This document shows positions 10,950 through 22,900 of a stretch of 64,000 nt of DNA, one piece after another; position 1 is the stretch's first letter, and each line of letters opens with the position of its first letter. The stretch comes from Dimorphilus gyrociliatus (lineage: Eukaryota > Animalia > Annelida), in contig CAJFCJ010000002.1 of assembly GCA_904063045.1 (NCBI GenBank), positions 2,909,891 through 2,973,890 of the forward strand, in the 5' to 3' direction. Under the pieces are notes generated by a model. The model made no database searches. It had not been told where the DNA came from and saw only the letters and a list, made by a program, of their open reading frames with translations. A program made the position numbers and the translations under genes.

Positions 10950-13900
10950 TTATTCGCTCAGTTGGCATAGTAAAGCGGAGCCTTGTGAAATCCAATAATC
11001 TTGTGGTTGTTTGCTGGGCAGATGAACAGCCACAACAAAATTTGTTGAATGACCTACGAAATAGTTATAGTAAAATAATATTAATTTTCAAGATATGGGT
11101 GTGTTTATTACCTGTTGTTGATAAAGTTCCGGCTCGTGCTGAAGTTTTATATAACGGTGAGTTATAATCTCTATGAGTAGGAGTAAAATCTACTCGTGGT
11201 TCCCTAAAGTGCAATTGTAAATGAAGAAAGTTGAGAAATATGAGGAAAGTATGATACTTACATATGTAACATGGGAAGGGAAGAGAACATTTCGCCAGGT
11301 ACTGATTCAGCTAGCAGCATTGCTTTATCATCCCATCTGAATCCGTCCATGAAAAGACCATGAACGAATACACCATCCCTTGGTAGTTCAAGATCTTTAT
11401 CCATATCTATTTCTTCTCCATAGTCCAATTTTTCTGTTGCCGCGGTCACTTCTGCTTGATCACGGTATTTAGGAAGAGTCTTAAACCTAAAGTTGAGATG
11501 ATCAATGGCTTGATTATATTTTCTGGCGTGATTCTGCAATACACCAGTGAGAAAACCTTGAGGAAAGAAGAAACCGGACAACCAGAAACTCTTTGGTGGT
11601 CCTCTACTTATCCAATTAGCTATAAAATCGCATCTTAATACTAAATCTTTCACCCATGATGCTAATGGTTTCAGGGACGGATAAGCTGCATTTGCCCATA
11701 AGCTTGGAACCTGATTATTAAGGAAGGATGTGTAAACTCTTTCCAATTCTTCGCTCATAACAACCAGACCCTTAATTGCTTTTTGTAATTCTGTCAAAGA
11801 AGTCCTTATTACTCTTAACAGCTTGTTAAATCGGTCGACTTCTTGTGTTAAAACAGTTGTTAAGGAGTTTACTCTTCCCTTTTCATCGGGTTCCAACATA
11901 TCTGCTCTAGCGTTTTCTATATCTAACTTTTCGATTATCTTCTCCAATATACTTTCTGCTAATTCGTAAACAATGTCGTCGTTACTCTTTCCCGCTCCCC
12001 CGCTAGATAATCTTGGTTGGACGTCAAGAATTGTTCCAATTAAGATGTTTGTTTCCTGAACTTGGAACGCAATATTAGCGTTAGCATGCATACCGAATAT
12101 TTCTGGTTGGTCTAAAAGCGGTAATTTATCAATGTAATCTTTGTATTCTTGGAGGGAGTCATTAATCGGTGCGTAATAGATGCCACTTTCAGAAAATTTG
12201 TAATCATCTTTCAGCGTTTCTGGATGGAAGAAACGCTTGAGAACAGTTTTTAAACATCTTTGATCCCATGCGTCCGTTACTCTACCACCATATGTGATCT
12301 ATTTAGGATAAAGAGTCGATTAAATAACATTTCGTTCATTTATTTACGCGTGAGTTACCTCTCCAGTGATGTAGATTAAACTATCCCAAGGAATAACGCC
12401 TTCTTTGCAGAACATGTCCAAGTTTAATAGGGCGCACTCTCGATCGCTATCGTTAAATTCATATTTAATGTTCCATCCCAGTGGACCAAACTTCTTCCTC
12501 TCCTGTATGATAGCGTGAAAGAAGCAGATTCCGAAAACTAATCTTCTCCACTTAATACCAAGAACTAATTAGAAAAAGGTTAATTGTAAATTGACATCAA
12601 TAAATAAATAATTAGAATAAATGACAGCCTTACTTTGCTCTTCAAAGAATTGATTTGTTAACTCTCCAAATGCTCTCCGAACATTTGCTCTTAGACCTTT
12701 CGGTGGTTCATTGGTGACTTTAACAGCATTTTGAAGAACTGTTACGGGAAAAGATTTCGCCGGCATTGAACTCAAGAACAATCTGAAATCTTCGTGGACG
12801 TCCTGTGGTTTCTCTTGCATTTTCTTAATCATTTCCTCCATGGACAACATCCAACTGGCAGCCAAATGACAATTTTGTAAGAATACCCAATCTCCAGTTT
12901 TAACTGCGGCTGCGATCATCTTTTCAGCTACTGGACCTTGCCCTTGACCTAATGATATTGCTTGTATCTTTTCCGAAAAACCCTTCTCTTTTGCAAATCT
13001 CTGGAAGGCTCCCATTGGATCTGAACCAGTTGAAAGTACAAAAACTAAAGGTGTAACGGGACTCATATCCTCGTATAATAAACTTAAATCAATACTGGGA
13101 CTTTCTATGAATTCTTGGCCAAGATTTTCTCTAACGAATTCAGATGCTGCAAATATGACTTTTTCTTCTTGGAAAACCTTAATAAACACAAGCCTTTGAA
13201 AAGATGTTAATCTTTCATTCCAATGACCTTTTATGGAATCATCGTTAGGTATATTTTTCAAATCTATCTTTGGTTCGGGAACGTAATTTGGATCAGTCTC
13301 CGGGTTTGCTCTAACTTCAACATTACCCATTTTTACAAAACAAGGAGTCTTAGTTAATTCAGTATGTATATTCTTGAATGATTCAAGGGTATCGCTAAGA
13401 TCGAAAGCCGAATTCCAATTTGCTTGACTTATCCATGGAACATCTGGTTTTTTTGGCCTTTCCCTATCCATACCCGACGCTCCTCTAAGGAAAAAGTTCC
13501 ACTCATCGTCAGTAATTAAGTTTTGCTGTCGAAGAATTTCGCCACAAAGCATAAAACTAAAGACTAGCTTATCTTTTTCAAAGAGACCTCTAGCAACATT
13601 CCTAAAGATATCTTGGGTAGTTTTCTCCAATAGAGTGTTTAATCTAGTATGAAGATCTTTACTCTTTTCTGACGCTTGAATGGTATTAGCAAATAGTTGT
13701 TTGAAGTATTTTAGAGAAAATTGATACATGGGATCAACATTGCCCATATCAGCAACAACAAAATACATAACGGAACCCTTAGCCGCAACAGATCTATACT
13801 TTTCTCTTGCGTGTGTTATTTTTGCCTCAGTTTGTTCTGCCTCTTTAAGACGTTGAGTAATTGTACCGGAAGTAATTTTTGAATCGTTCAATGTGTTAAT

Positions 13901-16900
13901 AAGCTCTTCATTGTCCAAAATGTTACCTTCAGATTCAAAGAGTAATTTCAAAATCCTATCTTCGATGGCCTTTAATTGGTTTTTGTCGGTGTTAATCTTA
14001 ACAATTAATTGATTTCTTTGTTCTTCTAGGTCGGGTCTTTCAAGAGAAACCACCTCAGACAATAACTGATCTTCTAAACCAGCTTTTGTAACTGTAAAGT
14101 TAATAATTGTCACTTTGATACAAACTTCAGGCAAATAATGAGGATTTGCCAATTTGGTTGTCATATAAAACTTAAAATTTCTATCGTAATCGATATCGCT
14201 ATCTCCTAATCTAATGAGAAGTCGACCTCCTTGCTTAAATGTTTGTTTAAGAAGAATTGGTTCAAGAGCTGGATCTAAATGTTCACCAACTTCTTCAAGA
14301 AGAACGGGCATACCGATTCTTATACAATTTTCTAACGTTCTTAAGAAATTTGAATCTGTGAGCTTGATAATTTTTAGACCGTTCATTGCCTCTTTATTCC
14401 TAATCCATCTATTGGCTTGATCTTGAGGATCAATCATCAAAGGCCACCTTCGACCTTTCGTAACTAATACTGCATTTTCAGTAGATACTTGATCTCTTGG
14501 TAGGCCATCCGAATTCCATTGCCGTATTTCAAATGGATCAGCCAAAACGTTTACTAACGTCATACCCTGGGTAACTGGTATACCTTTTTCGGCACACTTT
14601 TCAATCCAAAAGTTAACTAATTCTAATCGGTAATTAGCACTAAAGGCACCGTAGTAAGCTACACAAGCTGTTGAGACAAATACATCACCCACAACGTTTC
14701 CTAAGTCTTCTTCAAACTTTGCTACTGATTCCTCCCATCTTATCTTCTCGTCAGCAAGGGCAGTTGTCAATTTAGACGCTCTTCTCAATCTGGCTTGAGT
14801 TAGAGCCATTTGCTTTTCCAATCTTGACTTTTCCGATACGGAATCGTCATACATTTTTTGAAGTTCGGCAATTTGTTTTTCAACTGCTGCTAATTTTTCT
14901 TGCTTCTCTCGCAAAGCAGCTTGAACAACACGAAGTTCAGCTTCTGCCGCTTCCTTCTTCTGACGTTTGGGTTCAACAGTTTTGAAGACTTTTGCATAGG
15001 TATCCATGGCTCTTACCCACATACACATACTCTTACAGGCCTTAGAAACCTTTTCAACTGTTTCCGGTTGGAATTTTGGATTGTTAATGTAGACAGCCAA
15101 TTTCCTGATGATTGCAGGAGATACGTTATCTTTATCGTACCCTTTAAGGTTTTTAATCAAGTTTCCATCACCAAGGAGACGTTTAGCGCCATCCCAGTCA
15201 GTTCTAAAAGATTTTTAGTTATTAATGTCATCGCTTTTATACGGTATAAGTCAAAATGATGCTTACTTTCCACCCATTAAGATGCAAACTGCTTCCATAA
15301 CAGTTTGTACAAGTTCTGGAGGTTTTGTAAACACTCGAATTTCAGAAATATCATTCTTATCCAATGTATCAAGAGCAGCATTGGAAGCTTCAAGGGCAGG
15401 TAAAGCTTCGTCAAGATCCCTTTGGGCATCATCAGCGATAGCTTTTGTTTCACTTTCTTTCGCTTTGGCCACCGCCTCATCTTCCATAACGACTTTTCTC
15501 ACCTAGAGAAACAAGATAATCACGTAAAAGATACTGCTATTCCATTCAATAAATTTTACTTACAGTATCAGCTTTTTCTTGATCGACAACTAATTTCTCC
15601 ATAAGAGTTTCGGTATCAGCACTTTTCTTTTTCAATTCTGGTTCTAATTCAACGAGTTCCTTTTCCATATTTGTAATTAATTCATTAGTTTCGAAGATTT
15701 TAGTTAGACCATTCTTTACACGATCTCTAGCTAATTCTAGACTCCTGTGATATTTTTAATTAATATTAATATACTATATAACATTTATGAAATAATCAAG
15801 TGAATATCGTCTAATTTTACCTTTTCTTATCGCCTAACATTTGAATATAGAGATTGATCAGTTCCAAATAACTAGTTGGTGTTGTATAATAATGTCTTTT
15901 TACTTCTTTGTAGAATCTAGTAGCCATATTTTGAACAGATGTATGAATATCTACGCACATTTCCGAGACTTTGTTTTTAAGTTCGTCAGAACCGAGATCA
16001 ACTTCTTCAAAAGCTGATTTTGAAACGCCTAATAAAGCTTCTCTTGGCCATTCGGTAAACCAATCAATTGTACAGCAGTTTACTAATGACGGGAACATTC
16101 TGCACCTTGTCCTAAAAGCTGATCCCACGGGTGACATACATAGAACAACATGTAAATTGTTTCGAACTCTGTTTATACAGAAATCAAAAATAGCGTCTCT
16201 ATTTCCTTCTGCAATTCCTGCTTCTTTTGCGGCAGGTCTGCATCCAATTATCAATTTTTCATGTTCATCAGGTTCAAACAGATTTGGTACTTCTCCCGAA
16301 TTAAGAATATTATTAATATCTTCCAAAAACTCTTCAACAACAATCTGAGTATCGGTAAAGAGGAAAACTGTATGCTGATTTTCAACTCCAGCACTTGTAT
16401 ATAACTTTTTCAAGTCTTCATGGAAAGACGAATAATCGTATCCTCTACTTAGTTCAATTTGAAAGCATTTATAACCGTTCATATGACTAGCCAGTCTAGT
16501 TAAAGATTGCTTTCCACAACCTCCAACACCGACAAGTAGAGCGTTTCCTCTATCTTGCCTTATCATTCTTGCTATACGGGAAATATGTTCGACAGCGTCA
16601 AGGAAGAAGACAAGCTTCATTTCTTTGGTACTTGTTAGATTGAAATCACCCAAATACTAAAGACAAATTCACAGTGTTAACTCTTTGCAAATATTAGATA
16701 ATATATTGAACTTACATCTTCAAGAATCGATCTAACTTTTGCTAAATTTCCGGATAAATCTTCATAGACTCTATCTTGTCTATCTAATCCCATTTTGATG
16801 TAATCGCCGAATATTACTGGATTAGTGATGAATGATTCGGCTTCGACGTTCTAAAATAATTATTAAATTATGATAAGAAACAAAATATGTCATTGAGTAA

Positions 16901-19900
16901 TGGCACAGAAACAGACCTCTCCAAAGTGTTTTGATGCCATTTCACTGAGAATTGAATAGAAGAATGTTTTGTCTTCGTTGTTGACCAAACGATCGTGGAA
17001 TACTCTGAGAGCTTCATGACAGAAGAGACGGAATATTTGCTTACTCTCTCTTATAGTACTTGAATCAGCTTGTAAGATTCCTTGTACGCATTTGGATAAA
17101 TCTCTAAGATTGAAAACGTAATGAGATTTTGCAGGAGTTGGTAACAAGTCTGTAGACATCCGTTCGTAGATCTCAACTGCAGCTGCTACGATAAAATCGG
17201 TGCACTTTCTGACATCGTGTGTAAAATCGTAAAGGAAACCATTCAAAATAGCCTAAAAAATATACAAATTCATGTTAGAGGTGCATATTTATTAGTGACG
17301 TTTTGAGTTATCTTTCTCCGGTTCTTTGTCAAAGAAAGATAGTGATTAAGAGATATAATAATTTACTGTGAACATATGCTTCAGACTGTGTTCGTTTGGT
17401 GGTGGGATGCAGAACATGCTAAAATGCCGAACGAATCTGGGAGTGACAGGATTTCGACCTCCTCCAGGTGGTGCGCATGCAGCGCAAAATGTAACATCCT
17501 GCAATGGAAGAGTGTTGAGCTTACTTTTGTCATGTATCTTAGAACAGATGGAGTATTATACGGAATTGATAGAGTACTGAAGTGCCTGTAAAACCTAGCC
17601 GACAATGGCCGATTAGGTAAGCAACCTCCACACAGAGTAACATCCTTAGATAGTCAATATTTTATTAATGATAATATGTAAAGAATTAAAGCAATCGTCT
17701 ACTTACATGTATTTCTTTCCAGAAAAGTTTCTCTCTATCATACAATCCTCCATAATCTTGATACTGGCGAAGTAACTCAATAGGCGGTTGAGCACCATAA
17801 ACCTCCAGCTTTGGCATATTAAGATCATCTACGAAGATGATAACTCGTTTTCCAGCAGGCGCTCCTAATATTGTTTTTCTCTTCTTTTCCAACTTTCCCT
17901 CAATCATCTCCTGAGTTCTATTACTATTAGTTTGAGCGGAGAAATTAAGAAAAACTGGCACATAACCAGATTTCAATCCAACATCATTAAGCATTCCCCT
18001 AGCAATTACAGATTTACCAACACCAGTTCCACCGGTAAATAGAACAGATTGATGTACAGATAATAATTTCTCCATCAAAAATCCAAATCTAACAGTATCA
18101 ACAGTTGGAACTAACATTTCAAAGAATGGAATTTCCTTATTATATTTAAATGGCGTAACAGTACGTTCCCAAAGGTCCATTCTACGCATATCAAAATCTA
18201 TATAACAACTCCATAAATCTCCAACATTTGGCAACTGAAAGATGAAAAAGGAAAAAAGTTCATAACTTTTTCTTTTAAAAAAAAAGTATATAAAAAATTA
18301 AAGAAATAAGGAAAGAGATATTGTTTAAAGAGTTTACTATTAAAGACTAACACAATAATAATAGAGTTCTTTTTTCTGTTTTACTATAATGAAAAGGGAA
18401 AAATGGTTTGGAGACAATACCTTTACTACACATGTATAGATATACACAAACATAAATACAATACATATTGCTACATTCTAAACATATTACTAATGTTAAT
18501 TATGTAGCGGGTAAAGAATATTGGATAGATTCTAATTAATTTTAATATCTAATCTAAACTGGTAGATAATAAATTGTTCTTCTTTTTTTTTCTTGTTATG
18601 ATATACAATTGAATTAATAATTTTTTAGTAGTAGTTTGTTATTGTTATTGTTTTCTCTACTGTTTTATTAGATAAAGGATTCTAGTAATGAAAATTAACT
18701 AGTTAAAAATGATACAAATATTATATATATATATATATATACTGTTACTATAAATAGAACAGTATAAGATACTTGAAAAAGATTATGACATACCGTGCCA
18801 CCCTGTTAAAATATTAGCAAAAAACGTCAAAAATATTAAAATTAACAGCTAATTTGTTATAAATACTTTCTTCTAATGAATATTCATTATTTAAATATTG
18901 TTTTTTTTTGTTGTTAAACAAAATAATATTATAGAAGAACTTAATACAGAAATATTCATTTATTTAAATATAATAATTTCAAGTTAAACGTACCTTAGCG
19001 TCTCCTTGATCTTCGAAGATTTGCCTAACATACGTGTCAAAAGCGTCCCAACTATTATGAGATAAGTTACCTCCAATTGACCACATGTAGCTAAATACAA
19101 ATGTTAGGGCAACAAGTGGATGTAGTTTCCCGATATCCTGTTTCAAGTCTGGACAACCTGGCATCAAAAGTAGCGCTTCGAGAAGTTTACATAGCGTTAC
19201 GACTTTACTGATATCGACTTGGGGCATTCCCTGAGTACATTTTTTGCTAATAAATTTCAAGCCTTGTTCGACGTATTTGTCAAACATCTCCATGATATAT
19301 TCCCTAGTCTCTTGTTTGAATTTTTTACCCTTTTCAGTCATCCAAGTTTGTACGTAGGGTAGCCATCCTAATTCCTTTGAATCAATATAAACCATACCGC
19401 AACGAGAGACTGTAGCCGGACTAGCTACAGCCAAATCTTGTACTTCAAACAACATATGAATAAACGGTGTCAATTTAATACGTTCCGAATTGGCTAAGCA
19501 AAGCATTTTATTATCATCCAATACTGTATTCATATTTTCAATCCATAAAGCATCTACAGGACCGTCGCACACCACCCAGTGATGATCCTCGCTGGTATCT
19601 TGGCACGCCTCTCTTACCTTGATGGCCATTAGACCATCATGCCATTCAAGAGTCAATTTATTTATTCCACCATATAATTCATCCATAGTTATTGACTTTG
19701 GATTGAGTATATGAAGGTGAACCGGTTGATAAAAAGGATTATCCAATCCCTCATCAACTAAATTCTCAGCAGTTTTTGCGAGTGTCTGTAGAAAATTTAA
19801 ATAATTTTTAATTATTTATCCAAAGCAAAATAATTAATTCGATAATCAATATTCATAAAAAACTGGAATGGAGAATAAGAATCAATAAGGATGCTTTTAT

Positions 19901-22900
19901 TCTCCTCATTCAAAAGGATTCTAAAAGCTAGAGGAAGCTTAAACTGTTTGAAATTAGGAATCGAAATACAAATAGATAAATATTGAGAGGAAGATTGAAA
20001 GAGAGAGAGAGAGAAGAATATAGTATAGTTTAAAAATCATCTCTGAGAGATATTACTAATTAATATTTTACCTTTAACCTCGATAGGCCATTAGCCAACA
20101 TCTGTGATATTTAAATATGTACTTATATATATTGTGCATTAAAAAACAATGTGACAAAATGCATTGTATGCTCTTTTAATCATTCACACATTAAGCGTTT
20201 ATAGAATATTATAATATGGAGAAATTTACCCGATAAACAGTTGATTTTCCACCTCCAGCAGGTCCAACAAGCATAACTCCGTGTCGAACCAACATCGTTT
20301 CGTAAAATTGAATAATCTATTTATAAATTGAATTATACTTATTATAAAAAATATTGAAAAGATGATAAAAACCTTTTTCGTTTGAGAATCAACAACTTGT
20401 AAGCCAGCATCGGCTGTTACGTATTCAATTTCCTTTTGGAGGCGACCATAATCGTGTTCGGGGATGTCTACTCCAGGGAATAAATCTTGCAATATGGCCT
20501 AAATAATAAAAAATCATATAATTCATTAAAAATAACATATTAACGAATAAATTTGTTAAATTTCAATCAAACCTGGAAAAGAATGGCGTCTTGTTGAAGG
20601 AATTTTGGTAGATTGGAATCTCTAAGAGCTCTGATTAGAACAACATCTTCTGATTTATCGGGATTTTGTCTTTTAAGCGAACCTGCCATAACCAAAACAG
20701 ATTTTACTGCTCTCATACCGAAATCGTAGTGATCTTGTTGCGAAAGTTGTTCCGAGCATAATTTATACATTTGCGTCATTTTTTGAGCCAAAGTTTTTGA
20801 ATCTTCAAAACCTTCTGAATAGAGGATAACCTCAGCAATTAAACCTGTTAACAGACAATTCTTGTTTGATCTATTTATGAATTTCTTTTGATGTTAATAT
20901 TGTTAACGTACGATAATCCGGTACCATCATAGCGATTGGTCTGAAAAGTGCTTTTAAGTTATCAGGCAGTTCTGTACGCCCAGCGTAACCAGGGTTCATA
21001 GTGATAAACGCTGCGCAAGATTGGACTAGCTTGATTTCTCTACCTTCAAACATGAATTTGGCGAGCTAGAAAGTTAAATTTAATCATTAATCGAGCTAAT
21101 TAATTAAAGTGTTAGTTGTCTCATACCTTGCCCGCTTTAGCATTACGGATAGTGATCAATTGTTGAGCGATTACAGATAATACTTCAATATCAATACGGT
21201 TAAATTCATCAAAACAACACCAAGCTCCAGATTGGGCGAGACCGGAAAAGAAACGTCCCATCATTTTATAATCTAAACCATCTGAGCAATTGAAAACGAC
21301 GCATTGTTTCGCTAAACTTTTAGCCAAATCTTTAGTAGTTTCTGTCTTTCCTGTACCTGCTGGCCCGGCTGGGGCACCTCCCAAATCCAATTGTAAAGCT
21401 CCCATTAAACATAGGTAGCATCTATCCGTCAAGGGTGTTATAACCAACCTCGGAGAAGCTCCTAAATATTCGTATCCATATATGTAATAAGAACTTGACA
21501 TTCTTACAACGCAATCATCTACATCAGCTTCCCAATAGTATCTTAGCTGCTTTTGCCATTCGAAATCATTTGTACTATTTACTTTGGAATGAACCATACC
21601 AGTTACCATATCTCTAGCATGTACATCGATTGTGATGAGAGCGCATAATATAGCTCTCTGTAATTTGGTCATATCACCTCTTACTATAGCAGCCATTTTG
21701 TTCAAATCTTTGAAATTCTTTTGTTCAAATTCCTTTAGAGTATTAGTATCAAGAGCTTGTGTTGCTTCCTTACACCAGAACATTTGGGAAACTGTAAGTA
21801 CAATTTGGGAGCAGTGTTGAGCGACCCAATCCTCTTTGCTTCGGTTTTCATAATCGGTAATAGCAGCTTTCGTTAACAATCTTAGGTTTTTGTACATAGC
21901 TTCTTCTACTTTACCAAGCCAATCTTCGACATTTCCTCTTGCTCTTTGACCAGGTCCTAACGACACTCGTTCCCCTTCTGGTGATATCATTGCATGAATA
22001 TCGTTAGTGTATGTAACTTCATCATCTCCAGCTGGAGGAGGCACTGGTCCATCGATATCTCCACCTTCCGATGATCTTTCAGTTTTCTTTTCAACAACAC
22101 CGAATTCCAATTTGGCGATTGCGTCGAAGCATTTTCTGAGATGCGGTTGTACAGCCAATGGATTTCTTGTTTGCGCCAAAATTTCCAATAATTCATCATT
22201 TGATAAAAAGTAAAATCTTGGGAAGATAACTCTTTTGGATTCCAAATAGGCTTCCAAACATTTTTGAATCTGATCGAGTAGGGCATTATTCTGTCTAAAC
22301 GTTTCCAGCATACCTGGAACTGCTGTAATTCTCATTGCCAATGGTACCTTATGAACTTTACGCATAATATCCTTGTAGCTCTTGTCAACTTGATTAAACA
22401 TTTTTGCCTCTGCAGGAAGTTGTCTAGCTATGTCGGGAGCCGAAAAAATAGATTCCAGATAGAGCCATTGTCTTTGGCAATTTAACCAATCTTCCAGGGT
22501 CTTTCCGAAAAGATCCAGTTGCTTTATCCACTCATCAACTTTTGGTTTTATTGGTCCAACATGTCTAGAACTGGAAATAGTTTGAATGTTTATGTTGCTT
22601 TCGTCCAAAAGAACTTGAATATCATCCGTACCACCAAGAATATAAACTTCTTTCTGGTCTTTGTATGGTAGTACAACGAATTCCGTTGCCTTCCAAGAAT
22701 CTTCTACCTTTTTCAGTAGTCCCTCCAATCCAGCTTCCGAGCTGGCTTGTCCTGAGATTTCCTGTATGGATTCTGTATGTCTGAAGGCATCAATCTCCTC
22801 CAATCTCCCTAACGTTATAGGCTCTTCATCAGTGAAATTATAATCCAAAACGCTTTCAATCATTTCCCAATGTCTCTTCTTCAAATTCGGATTTCTCAAG

